A stretch of 64,000 nucleotides of DNA from an uncultured Eubacteriales bacterium (GTDB lineage: Bacteria; Bacillota; Clostridia; Christensenellales; CAG-138): contig CACWJZ010000006.1 of the NCBI GenBank assembly GCA_902761365.1, positions 24,371-88,370 of the forward strand. The letters run 5' to 3'. How positions within the stretch are numbered: position 1 is the stretch's first letter; each line of letters starts with the position of its first letter. The translations under genes and the position numbers were made by a program. The notes under the pieces were generated by a model that saw only the letters and a list, made by a program, of their open reading frames with translations, ran no database searches and had not been told where the DNA came from. Shown here piece after piece: positions 45,772 through 54,647 of this stretch.

Positions 45772-47302
45772 TGTTCTTTCCTCCCACACGGGTCATCAGT
45801 ACACCGACCTGTCGTTTATCGGTGGTACGAGCGTCCACCACACCGGACACCTGCCCACCGCAGAGGACCAGGAGCCTGTCGCAGAGCTCCAGCAGCACAT
45901 CCAGATCTTCGCCGACGTAGATCACGGCCACACCTTTCATCTTCTCTGCGGTCAGGAGGTTATAGATGGTGTATGAGGTGTTGATGTCGAGACCGCGCAC
46001 GGCATAGGCAGTCATCAGCACCGCTGGGTCCTGAGCGATCTCACGGCCCACCAGGACCTTCTGCACGTTTCCGCCAGACATACGCCGCACGGGGAAGTCA
46101 ACACTAGGAGTCACGACCTCCAACTCTTTCCACACCGCATTGGCGACCCTTTCCGGTTCCTTCTTGTCCAGAAAGATTCCTTTTTTCTTGCGCCAGGAGC
46201 GTAGCATCATATTGCCCGTCATGCCCATGGAACCGACGAGGCCCATACCCAGTCGATCCTCTGGCACAAAGGCCATGGAAATGCCTGATTTTTGGATCTC
46301 CAGCGGGTCTTTTCCGGCCATATCGCCAGTCTGGTTTGTTTTGGGATTATGATAGATGATAGAGCCTTCGGCGATGGGGTAGAGGCCCGAGATAGCTTCC
46401 AGCAGTTCCCGCTGACCGGAACCGGCAACGCCCGCGATGCCCAAGATCTCGCCGCTGTAAGCGGTAAAGGTGATGTCGTTGAGCCGCTTCACACCCAATT
46501 CGTCATAGACCGTCAGGCCCTTCACCTCCAGGCGCGGCTGGGGATCCACGGGCATGGGACGATCGATGTTCAGGCTCACCGCACGGCCAACCATCATGTC
46601 CGTCAGGCTCTGCTGATCGGCATTCTTCGTCAGCACATCGCCGATATATTCGCCCTTGCGCAGGATGGCCACCCGATCGGAGACCTCCAGCACTTCGTGA
46701 AGCTTATGGGTGATGATGATAAGGGACTTGCCGTCCTTTTGCATGTTGCGCATGACGGCAAAGAGCTTGTCCGTCTCCTGAGGCGTTAAGACCGCCGTGG
46801 GCTCATCCAGGATCAGAATGTCTGCGCCCCGGTACAGCACCTTGACGATCTCCACGGTCTGCTTCTGAGAAACGGACATATTGTAGACCTTTTGTTCGGG
46901 ATCGATGTCGAAGCCGTACTTCTGGCTGATTTCCTTGATCCGCTTGCCGGCTTCTTTGAGATTCATCTTTCCTTCCTCGTTGAGGCCCAGGATGATGTTC
47001 TCCGTGGCGGTGAAAACGTCCACCAACTTGAAGTGCTGATGGATCATGCCGATGCCGTTGTCGAAGGCGTCCTTAGGGGAGGCGATGGTCACCGGCTTGT
47101 CATGGATATAGATCTGGCCTTCGTCCGGATAGTATATGCCGGAAAGCATATTCATCAGGGTGGTCTTTCCGCTGCCGTTCTCGCCCAACAGAGATAGAAT
47201 CTCCCCTTCATGCAGCTCCAGGTTGATAGCGTTGTTGGCGACCACGTTGCCGAAGCGTTTTGTGATCCCCTCCATTCTGACGGCGTTCTTTACTGCTTCC
47301 AA
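45761..47302 (-). CDS. ABC transporter ATP-binding protein with two fused ABC domains
   Basis: Two nucleotide-binding domains: Walker A GENGSGKTTL and GVAGSGQREL, signatures VSQKQTVEI and MSGGNVQKV. Confidence 0.9.
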   Translation of the reverse strand: MEAVKNAVRMEGITKRFGNVVANNAINLELHEGEILSLLGENGSGKTTLMNMLSGIYYPDEGQIYIHDKPVTIASPKDAFDNGIGMIHQHFKLVDVFTATENIILGLNEEGKMNLKEAGKRIKEISQKYGFDIDPEQKVYNMSVSQKQTVEIVKVLYRGADILILDEPTAVLTPQETDKLFAVMRNMQKDGKSLIIITHKLHEVLEVSDRVAILRKGEYIGDVLTKNADQQSLTDMMVGRAVSLNIDRPMPVDPQPRLEVKGLTVYDELGVKRLNDITFTAYSGEILGIAGVAGSGQRELLEAISGLYPIAEGSIIYHNPKTNQTGDMAGKDPLEIQKSGISMAFVPEDRLGMGLVGSMGMTGNMMLRSWRKKKGIFLDKKEPERVANAVWKELEVVTPSVDFPVRRMSGGNVQKVLVGREIAQDPAVLMTAYAVRGLDINTSYTIYNLLTAEKMKGVAVIYVGEDLDVLLELCDRLLVLCGGQVSGVVDARTTDKRQVGVLMTRVGGKNNEK

Positions 47303-47480
47303 GGCATGACATCCTTTCCATCAAGCAAGTTGAATGTAATATTATGCTCAATTTTACAATATTTTACCATACCGAATCCCTGTTGTAAATTAAAAATCTT
47401 GGGCCGTCTCAAACTTTTTTTGACACGATAGAAACAAAAAAACAGGCTGCATGACTGCAGCCTGTCCAGGGCAAAGGGAA

Positions 47481-48668
47481 TTAACCGAAGTTCACATCCA
47501 GCAGCGTAATGCCGTCGATCTGCAGATCGAAGTAAGGCGCACTGCGGAATTCAGACTCATGGAAATAGCCATCCTTGATGACCTCAGTGTCGGGAGTATA
47601 GGCGGGATCGGTATCCACATCAGCCAGGTAGCTGGTCAGGACCGCGCCGTCCTTGGTGAAGGTGGCGGTATCGAACACGTGGAGCGTGCCAGCTTCGAGA
47701 GCAGCCTGCACTTCGGCCAGCTTCTCAGCGGTGCCCGGAGCAACGACGCCTTCGTTGAGCTCAGTGAGCTTGACGGAGCCAGTGGCGATGGTGCCGGTCC
47801 AGTCAGTGTCAATGGGCGTGCCTTCCATGGTAGCCTTGATGGCGTACTCATAGTAGGGCTCCCAATCGATACGAGAGGAGACCAGGTAGGTGTTGGGACC
47901 GGCTTCCTTGGTGCTGCCGTTGTAGGAAACATCGGGGACGCCAGCTTCCTCACAGGCGGAGGGAGCACCCAGGGAATCGGCGTGCTGGCTGATCAGCTTG
48001 CAGCCGTCCTGGATCAGCTTCTGAGCGCCTTCCTTCTCAGCAGTGGGATCATACCAAGAACCGGTGAAGGTGACTTCCATGGTGGCGGTGGGGCACACGG
48101 AGCGGACACCCAGGAAGAAGGAGGTGTAGCCGGAGATAACCTCAGCGTAGGTGAAGGCGCCGACGTAACCGACCTTGGCTTCTTCCGCGGTGAACTTGCC
48201 AGCTTCGATCATCTCATTGAGCTTCAAGCCAGCGACCACGCCAGCCAGGTAGCGGCCCTCATAGATGGCGGCAAATGCATTGTGGTAGTTGGGCAGGTTC
48301 TCAGTATGGGCCTTGGTGCCGGTGGCGTGGCAGAACTGCACATTGGGATACTCCTGCGCGGCCTGGATCATGTAGTCCTCATGGCCGAAGCTGTCGGCGA
48401 AGACAGCGATGCAGCCAGAATCAGCCATGTCAGCGGCGGTTTCGTAGCAGCCGATACCTTCTTCGATGCCAGTCTTCAGGACCATCTCGACGCCCAGCTT
48501 CTCACAGGCGGCCTTGGCGGCATTGATGAAGTTGAGGTCGTAGGTGGACTGCTCATCATGCAGGCAGATGAAGCCCACCTTAACGGTGTCGGCCTTGGCG
48601 ACCTTGTTGTGACCAACGATGGCAAACACCATGAGCAGGCACATCACAACAGCCAGAAAGCGTTTCAT
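47481..48668 (-). CDS. BMP-family (basic membrane protein / PnrA-like) ABC substrate-binding protein
   Basis: Signal peptide MKRFLAVVMCLLMVFAIVG. The periplasmic-binding fold carries the typical VGFICLHDEQSTYD.. pattern. Confidence 0.8.
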   Translation of the reverse strand: MKRFLAVVMCLLMVFAIVGHNKVAKADTVKVGFICLHDEQSTYDLNFINAAKAACEKLGVEMVLKTGIEEGIGCYETAADMADSGCIAVFADSFGHEDYMIQAAQEYPNVQFCHATGTKAHTENLPNYHNAFAAIYEGRYLAGVVAGLKLNEMIEAGKFTAEEAKVGYVGAFTYAEVISGYTSFFLGVRSVCPTATMEVTFTGSWYDPTAEKEGAQKLIQDGCKLISQHADSLGAPSACEEAGVPDVSYNGSTKEAGPNTYLVSSRIDWEPYYEYAIKATMEGTPIDTDWTGTIATGSVKLTELNEGVVAPGTAEKLAEVQAALEAGTLHVFDTATFTKDGAVLTSYLADVDTDPAYTPDTEVIKDGYFHESEFRSAPYFDLQIDGITLLDVNFG

Positions 48669-48973
48669 TTAGTTTCTTCCTCCTATATTTTCTTTATTGT
48701 GAGACCGCATGCGGCCAAACAATCCATCGTACAGGGCGTGTCCCTTGGCGGCGTCGCCAAAAATAAACCCCAACATAAAAGTACGATAGTATTCTACCAG
48801 AAAAAACAGGATTTGTACAGCCATGATTTTCGTGTTTCTGAAAAAAAGCCAGGCTCGGGACAGGGAACAACGAGACGGTTTCAGACTTTTTGGGGGCTCG
48901 CATGCAAAAAAATACTTTGAAAAAAGGAGACGCATACAGTATACTGGTGTCATCAAGAACAGGGAGGATGACT

Positions 48974-50158
48974 ATGAACGGAGATTTTACACTGTACACC
49001 CCCACTAAGGTCGTCTTTGGACACAGGACGGAAGAGCAAGCCGGGGCGCTGGTCCGCGCCTTTGGCGGCAGCCGGGTGCTGATCCATTATGGCGGCAGCA
49101 GCGCCGTGCGCTCGGGCCTTCTGGATCGGGTGAAGGCGTCGCTGGATGAAGCTGGCGTGTTCCATGTGGAGCTGGGCGGCGTGGTGCCCAACCCGCAGCT
49201 TTCCAAGGTGTACGAGGGGATCGAGCTGGCCAAAGCGAACGACGTGGACTTCCTTCTGGCCGTGGGCGGCGGGTCCGTCATCGACTCGGCCAAGGCCATT
49301 GCCTACGCCTTGGCGGAACCGGAGTATGACGTGAAGGAACTGTACGAGCATACCCGCAAAGCCAAGGGCTGCTTCCCCATCGGGACCGTGTTGACCATCG
49401 CCGCCTCGGGAAGCGAGATGAGCGACAGCAGCGTCATCTCCTACGAGGACAAGAAACGGGGTTACAACAGCGACCTGTGCCGGCCCAAGTTCGCCATCAT
49501 GGACCCGGAGCTCACCATGACCCTGCCGGATTATCAGACCTGCGCTGGTTGCTCCGATATTTTGATGCACACCCTGGAGCGGTACTTCACCAGCGGCAGC
49601 AAGTTGGAGATCACGGACGCCCTGGCGGAGGGGCTCCTGCGCACGGTCATGAAGTACGCAGCCATCCTCCACAAGGACCCGTTGAACTATCAGGCCCGGG
49701 CTGAGATCATGTGGGCGGGCAGCCTTTCTCATAACGGCCTCACCGGCTGCGGAAACGACGCCAACGACTTCGCCTCCCACAGGCTGGAGCACGAATTGGG
49801 CGCCCTGTATGGCGTGACCCATGGGGCGGGGCTCACTGCGGTCTGGCCCAGTTGGGCGCGGTATGTGTACAAGAACTGCCTGCCCCGCTTCGTCAAATTC
49901 GCCGTGAACGTCATGGGCGTAGCCCCCTGTGCTTCCGACGAGGAGACGGCGCTCCAGGGTATCGCGGCCATGGAGGGCTATTTCCGGTCCATCGGCATGC
50001 CGGTGACCATTCAGGAGCTGCTGGGTAAAGTGATCACGGAGGAGGAGATCGCCATCCTCGCTAAAAACTGCGCCTTGGCCACCGGCGGCAAGGTGGGCAG
50101 CGCCATGACCCTCTACGAAGAGGACATGGCTAACATCTTCCGTATGGCGAAGGAATAA
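48974..50158 (+). CDS. Iron-containing alcohol dehydrogenase (butanol dehydrogenase/YqhD-like)
   Basis: Start 7 nt after AGGGAGG. GGGSVIDSAKAIA and a His-rich metal site (HRLEHELGALYGVTHGAG). Confidence 0.9.
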   Translation: MNGDFTLYTPTKVVFGHRTEEQAGALVRAFGGSRVLIHYGGSSAVRSGLLDRVKASLDEAGVFHVELGGVVPNPQLSKVYEGIELAKANDVDFLLAVGGGSVIDSAKAIAYALAEPEYDVKELYEHTRKAKGCFPIGTVLTIAASGSEMSDSSVISYEDKKRGYNSDLCRPKFAIMDPELTMTLPDYQTCAGCSDILMHTLERYFTSGSKLEITDALAEGLLRTVMKYAAILHKDPLNYQARAEIMWAGSLSHNGLTGCGNDANDFASHRLEHELGALYGVTHGAGLTAVWPSWARYVYKNCLPRFVKFAVNVMGVAPCASDEETALQGIAAMEGYFRSIGMPVTIQELLGKVITEEEIAILAKNCALATGGKVGSAMTLYEEDMANIFRMAKE

Positions 50159-50173
50159 GGACATTCTGTTTCA

Positions 50174-50201
50174 AAAGGAGGCGCTTGGTGGCGCCTCCTT
50201 T
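50174..50201. terminator. Bidirectional terminator hairpin after adh
   Basis: AAAGGAGGCGCttggtgGCGCCTCCTTT. A near-identical stem recurs at 50424-50450. Confidence 0.7.
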
Positions 50202-50423
50202 GCTTGTCAAAAACCTTTTGACAAGCTGATCAGTCTGTCAGAAAAGGTTGGCAGAGCCGTTTTCTCCGACCCGAAGCTGTACTATGTACTGTGAGAGGGA
50301 GGAAAAACGGCTAATTTGCGGCATTTTTCAAAAGAAATGGTGCCTTCCAGCACCATTTCTACCTACCAGTAGTATTCCAATTATTATACGCCGCAAATGA
50401 TCTGCCGCCTTTTTCGAAAGACT

Positions 50424-50450
50424 GAGGAGGCGCTTGGCGGCGCCTCCTTC
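50424..50450. repeat. Second copy of the GGAGGCGCTTGGnGGCGCCTCCTT hairpin
   Basis: GAGGAGGCGCttggcgGCGCCTCCTTC, 4 nt from the ABC-F stop codon. It has no adjacent T-run. Confidence 0.6.
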
Positions 50451-50453
50451 ATG

Positions 50454-51986
50454 TTACCTGTATATCCGCTGCAGCCCGCTTTCCGTCAGGGAGTAGAGGA
50501 CGGGCGTGACCTCCTGAATGAACTTTCGATCATGGGACACGGCCAGGATGCAGCCGGGGAACTCGCTGAGGAGCTTGCGCACAGCGGGGCAGGAGAGGGG
50601 GCTGAAGTTGCGGGTAGGCTCGTCCAGCAGCAACACGTTGCTTTTATCCAGGATCGCCTTGAGCAGCAGGAGCTTGGCCCGCTGGCCCCCGGAGAGGTCG
50701 CTGACCGGGTGGCTCATCTCATCGGTGGTGTATTTCATGCTCCCCAAATAGATCCGAGCCTTGGTGACGCTCTCCTTGTCCCCGTCGGGGGCCAGGAACT
50801 CCTCGGGTCGCATGCGGTAGCTCACGCCCTCCCCGTAGCGCTGGGGCATGTAGGTGCAGCGGATGTCCTTGCGAGCGAGCAGCTCCCGGGCGATCCGGTC
50901 CATGAGGGTGCTCTTGCCGCAACCGTTGGGCCCCAGGATGCACACCTTCTCCGGGCCGATGATCTTGAGCCGCACGTCCCGGGACAACAGCCGCTCGCCT
51001 ATGTGCAATTCCTCCAGGACATAGTCCAAAACCACCTTGCCGCGGCTCAGTTCAATGCCCGGTTCCCACTTGGGCAGGATGGCCCATTCCGCCTCGGGGA
51101 GCTGGGTCAAATCTTCCTCCTCCTTGTCCAGGCGCCGGCCCATGGATTTCACCGCGTGCATCTTCTTTTTCAACAACCGGCCACCGGAGGGGTTGCCCCG
51201 GCTGATGCTGTCCTGGGCGTGCTCCACGGCGTTGTAGATGGAGAGATACCGATTCTTCTTCTTCCGAAAGTCGGCCTGCTCGAACCGGGCCACCTGCTCC
51301 TGGTGGGCGAACTGCCGAGCCCGCTGGTCCATATAGGCCCGATACCCCTCCCGGGACACGGTGGAGCGGCAGATGGTCTTTCTTCGCACCTGCTCCAGGT
51401 GGATGATGATGTCCGCCGTCTCCTCCAAAAGGACCTCGTCATGGGAGATATAGAGCACGGCCCCGGGGAAGGCGTTCATGAATTCGGACAGCCATTCCAG
51501 GGTCTCGATATCGAGATCGTTGGAGGGCTCATCCAGCAACAGGATGTCGCACCGGCTCAGCAGGAGTCCTGCCAGCTGGACCTTCACCCGCTCCCCGCCG
51601 GAGAGGGTCTCCAGGGGCCGCGCTTCCTCGAAGAGGTCGGGGGAGAGGCCCAGGCGCTGGGCGGTCTCATTGATCTCCCGCGGGGACAGGGCATAGAACC
51701 TGCAGGCGCCCTCCATATAGACGCAGACGGGCAGGCTCTTCTCCTCGGGGGGCAGCTCCTGCGGGAGGTAGCCCATCCTGCCGTCCACGATCCGCTGGCC
51801 GTGGACTTCGGCGTAAGTTTCCACCATTTTCGGGTCATATATCCATTTGAGCAGGGTGGACTTGCCGTTGCCCTCCTCACCGATGAGGGCGGCCCGCTCG
51901 CCCTTGTGCAGGGTGAAAGAGAGGTCGTCCGCCAGCAGACGGTCGTCCTTCCTGGAGCGTATGGTCACATTTCTGATTTGCAGCAT
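50454..51986 (-). CDS. ABC-F family ATPase (two ABC domains and a linker, no TM); possible ribosome-protection (ARE) type
   Basis: ATG lies 5 nt after GGAGG. Walker A GEEGNGKSTL and GPNGCGKSTL, signatures LSGGERVKV and LSGGQRAKL, and a roughly 130-aa basic interdomain linker. Confidence 0.8.
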   Translation of the reverse strand: MLQIRNVTIRSRKDDRLLADDLSFTLHKGERAALIGEEGNGKSTLLKWIYDPKMVETYAEVHGQRIVDGRMGYLPQELPPEEKSLPVCVYMEGACRFYALSPREINETAQRLGLSPDLFEEARPLETLSGGERVKVQLAGLLLSRCDILLLDEPSNDLDIETLEWLSEFMNAFPGAVLYISHDEVLLEETADIIIHLEQVRRKTICRSTVSREGYRAYMDQRARQFAHQEQVARFEQADFRKKKNRYLSIYNAVEHAQDSISRGNPSGGRLLKKKMHAVKSMGRRLDKEEEDLTQLPEAEWAILPKWEPGIELSRGKVVLDYVLEELHIGERLLSRDVRLKIIGPEKVCILGPNGCGKSTLMDRIARELLARKDIRCTYMPQRYGEGVSYRMRPEEFLAPDGDKESVTKARIYLGSMKYTTDEMSHPVSDLSGGQRAKLLLLKAILDKSNVLLLDEPTRNFSPLSCPAVRKLLSEFPGCILAVSHDRKFIQEVTPVLYSLTESGLQRIYR

Positions 51987-52009
51987 ATCTGCCTCCAATT
52001 TCCGCGCTC

Positions 52010-52049
52010 AGAAAAGCACGTCCGGCAGAATAGAAAAAGCCTGCGGTCG
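52010..52049 (-). promoter_or_regulatory. Terminator-like hairpin in the ABC-F leader (candidate attenuator)
   Basis: Minus strand: CGACCGCAGgctttttctattCTGCCGGACG, imperfect at about 8 of 10 pairs. It is followed by TGCTTTTCT and ends about 25 nt before the RBS. Confidence 0.4.
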
Positions 52050-52165
52050 TGATCCTTTGAGCGCACATACACTTCGACACCTTCGTGCCGATGGGGATGA
52101 TGTTGCGTTCAAAATCGATCAGTTGCGCATGCCTTCGTTGAAGTGCTCCTTATGTTGATGGAAAC

Positions 52166-52194
52166 AGTATATCGGCAGTCTGCAAAAAAGTCAA
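52166..52194 (-). promoter_or_regulatory. Sigma-A-type promoter of the ABC-F gene
   Basis: Minus strand: TTGACT, a 17-nt spacer, then TATACT. This gives a leader of roughly 170 nt. Confidence 0.6.
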
Positions 52195-52195
52195 T

Positions 52196-52232
52196 GAAAA
52201 ATGCAGGAGACAGATGACATTGCCTCCTGCAT
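52196..52232 (-). terminator. Intrinsic terminator of the AraC-family gene
   Basis: Minus strand: ATGCAGGAGgcaatgtcatctgtCTCCTGCAT followed by TTTTT. Confidence 0.8.
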
Positions 52233-52241
52233 GGGATGGGT

Positions 52242-53147
52242 TCAGTCTTTCTTGGTTATGGGGAGCCAGATTTCACAGTAGTGGGAATTGTTGACCACCT
52301 CGTTCCCATCCTCGAAGGGCCAGTGGATCACGCCGATCTCCGGCGCCTCCCGCAGCATGTAGCCTGAGGAGGGCAGCCATTGGGTGACGGCCTGCCGACG
52401 AAGATCGTCCACCAGATTGATGGGGAACTTGCAGCGCTCGGTCTCGCATACGAGATAGGTGCCGGCGGGGATGGAGAGGTGTTCGAACCGTTTGGCGAAC
52501 TCGCCCAAACACTGTTCAAAATCCTTCAGCGCCCATTGGGGCAGCTGGTAGGCGATATAGAAGTCGTAGCCCTCCGGCGTAAAGTCGGTCATGACCGTGT
52601 AAATGATCTCATGCTCCCGGCTCATCCCTTCCAGTACATACTGCTCCACCCGGGTCTCGCAGGCGAAGCAATGATCCTGATCCTGTTTGTCACAGGGGTC
52701 GCCGGTGAAGCGGCGCTTGAAGCCGGTCAGGAGCATTTCCGGCTTTTCTTCAATGCGATAGTTCATAATGTTGCCTCCTTCCAAAGTGACTTTGATGAAC
52801 AGGGGGGAGAAGGACTTGAGCTTTGCTCCGCTTTTGCGCGCCTCGGACGGGGTGATGCCGTGAAACTTCTGAAAGGCTTTGGCGAAGCTGTCGGGGCTGT
52901 CGTAGCCATACCGAAGGGCGATGTCGATCACCTTCTCCTTCCCGGCGGCCAGCTTCGCCCCGGCGATGGACAGGCGACGGTTCCGAATGTACTCGCCCAG
53001 GGTGTACCCGCACAGGATGCTGAAGATGCGCTGGAAATGGAAGGGGGAGGACAGGCTCTCCCTGGCGATGCGATCATAGTCGAGATCGTCCTCCATGTGG
53101 GTTTCGATGTAGTCCAGCGCGCGCTGTATGCCCGTGATCCAGTCCAT
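52242..53147 (-). CDS. AraC-family transcriptional regulator with a C-terminal GyrI-like effector-binding domain
   Basis: Start after AGGAGGGAAAATC. The HTH regions read SPFHFQRIFSILCGYTLGEYIRNRRL and GYDSPDSFAKAFQKFHGITPSEAR. The GyrI-like C-terminus ends ..EIWLPI. Confidence 0.85.
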   Translation of the reverse strand: MDWITGIQRALDYIETHMEDDLDYDRIARESLSSPFHFQRIFSILCGYTLGEYIRNRRLSIAGAKLAAGKEKVIDIALRYGYDSPDSFAKAFQKFHGITPSEARKSGAKLKSFSPLFIKVTLEGGNIMNYRIEEKPEMLLTGFKRRFTGDPCDKQDQDHCFACETRVEQYVLEGMSREHEIIYTVMTDFTPEGYDFYIAYQLPQWALKDFEQCLGEFAKRFEHLSIPAGTYLVCETERCKFPINLVDDLRRQAVTQWLPSSGYMLREAPEIGVIHWPFEDGNEVVNNSHYCEIWLPITKKD

Positions 53148-53293
53148 GATTTTCCCTCCTGTCAAGGACATCATAGCAGAGTCCGCGTCAGGATGCCCGA
53201 CTTTTTGTGCGGTCATCTATCAATACTGTATGGGTCAAGCGGGAAGGAGCGGGATAAAAGGGCTTACATGCGGAAGTAAGGCAATGGTGGGCA

Positions 53294-54334
53294 TCAGTTC
53301 ACCTTCTGAAGCTTACAGGAGTATTGCCGTGATCCGCCACTGGTATAGGAAAAAGTAATGGCGATTCCCATTTGTCCGTCCTTTACCCCGTAGGTCGCGG
53401 AAATACTGCTGAGCCCGACGACGTTCGCAGGGATTTCGATGGAAAGGTGCGTTCCCGACACGGCGAAACGGCAACGGAACGAGAGCTGTTGACCGTTCTG
53501 GGAAATCCTCATGACGCCTGAGTAGTTTGAGTCTATATCGATGACCATGTCATATTTCGCTCCGGTACCCTTCTCCGTCGAGGTGCCTTTCCACCGTCCG
53601 GCCAACGACAGTTCATCGGAGGCATCGCCGGAGGTCTCAACGGTGACGCTTTCATACACGGACGTTCCCAGATCCAGCCACAGGGCGGGACGCACGGCAA
53701 AGTTGCCGATGGCAAATGACATACTGCTTTCCAGCGCGCCGTAATGATTGACGAATGCGGCCTTGAACTCGGTCCATCCCGGGGAGCGAAGCCACCAGTA
53801 GGAGGACGCACGTTTCGTGCTGGCATACGGGGTAGAAGTAAGGCGGGCGGCCATGTTGTACTCGTTCAGCTTTATGACGCCGAAATACTGCTTTGCCTCT
53901 GCGGCGCTCAATAGGAACAGTTTGTCCTGGGTATCGTTTCCTCCGGGGGTGGTCCACTTTTCATAGCCCTGACTGTCGCTGTTATCCACCTGAGTCATAA
54001 GGATGGCTTCGGCCTCCTCCTGGGTGAAGGCGGCATTGAGAAAGGTATCATTGAGCCAGGTGCGCAGGGTGCAGGTCTCCCAGGTCACAGCGCTGTTATT
54101 ATCATCATTGTATGGCACGGCATCCAGCCCATATTTGCTGAGCAGCAATGCTTTGCCGTCTTGCGTGTCCAGCACGATCCATTCGATGGGCTCCGGCCCG
54201 TTGCCAAGATCGTTGTCCTGCTCGTAACGGCCGAAGACGATCACATCGTCCCTTTTGACCTCCTCCGCGGATGCATAGCTAAAGAGCAAAAGGACGAAAA
54301 GAAAGGCCAGCACGATCGAGACTGTCTTTTTCAT
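53294..54334 (-). CDS. Secreted DUF6273-like protein
   Basis: Start at MKKTVSIVLAFLFVLLLFSYASA, after GGGAGGA. VIVFGRYEQDN...PIEWIVLD...KALLLSKY..TWETCTLRTWLN..WWLRSPG. The longer ORF in the track runs into non-coding repeat sequence. Confidence 0.65.
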   Translation of the reverse strand: MKKTVSIVLAFLFVLLLFSYASAEEVKRDDVIVFGRYEQDNDLGNGPEPIEWIVLDTQDGKALLLSKYGLDAVPYNDDNNSAVTWETCTLRTWLNDTFLNAAFTQEEAEAILMTQVDNSDSQGYEKWTTPGGNDTQDKLFLLSAAEAKQYFGVIKLNEYNMAARLTSTPYASTKRASSYWWLRSPGWTEFKAAFVNHYGALESSMSFAIGNFAVRPALWLDLGTSVYESVTVETSGDASDELSLAGRWKGTSTEKGTGAKYDMVIDIDSNYSGVMRISQNGQQLSFRCRFAVSGTHLSIEIPANVVGLSSISATYGVKDGQMGIAITFSYTSGGSRQYSCKLQKVN

Positions 54335-54497
54335 TCGGGCATCCTCCCATGACACGATATGTTCCATATATACAGTATAATATCCCTCTCTTTCCATGAC
54401 AAGCCTTTTTCCACGGATACGTACTGGAACTGCGTATGGGCCGGGCGCTATCCTGCCTGTGCCGCTATACGGCCTCCAGATATTTGAGCGCAAAGCA

Positions 54498-54601
54498 GGG
54501 TGGGATTCGACCCGCCGTGCGCGGCGGGCCATGGGCTCGGCTCTGAGGCTCCGCAGGAGCCTCATTCACTACGGAGCCCGTTCGAATCTCCACCGTCTCC
54601 A
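54498..54601 (-). repeat. tRNA-3'-end-bracketed module, Ser locus unit 2 (type 2 core)
   Basis: Read on the minus strand (tRNA sense), the antisense arm is TGGAGACGGTGGAGATTCGAAC. The core is GTGAATGA-GAGGCTCCtgcGGAGCCTC-AGAGCCGAGCCCATGG. The sense arm is GGGTCGAATCCCACCC. Confidence 0.75.
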
Positions 54602-54647
54602 AAAGGCCAACCGCAGGAATGGAAAGCACGGCACCCAATTGCTTTCG

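Noticed and set aside
48669-48973. Riboswitch in the 305-nt divergent region upstream of the BMP/nucleoside ABC operon
   Set aside because: I could not match the sequence to any riboswitch core I know (purine, 2'-dG, ZTP, PRPP or preQ1). It probably holds two divergent promoters. An Rfam scan would be needed to decide.
50397-52052. 551-aa ORF on the plus strand
   Set aside because: It is antisense to the ABC-F gene, whose two Walker A, signature and Walker B sets are unambiguous. It is a shadow ORF. The same reasoning applies to 37904..39538, 47451..48920, 8450..9700 and 10748..11968.
52119-52130. 3-codon upstream ORF (MRN) in the ABC-F leader as a regulatory leader peptide
   Set aside because: The nearest AAGGAG is about 15 nt upstream, which is poor spacing, and the ORF is extremely short. 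It is mentioned under the leader finding but not annotated as a feature.
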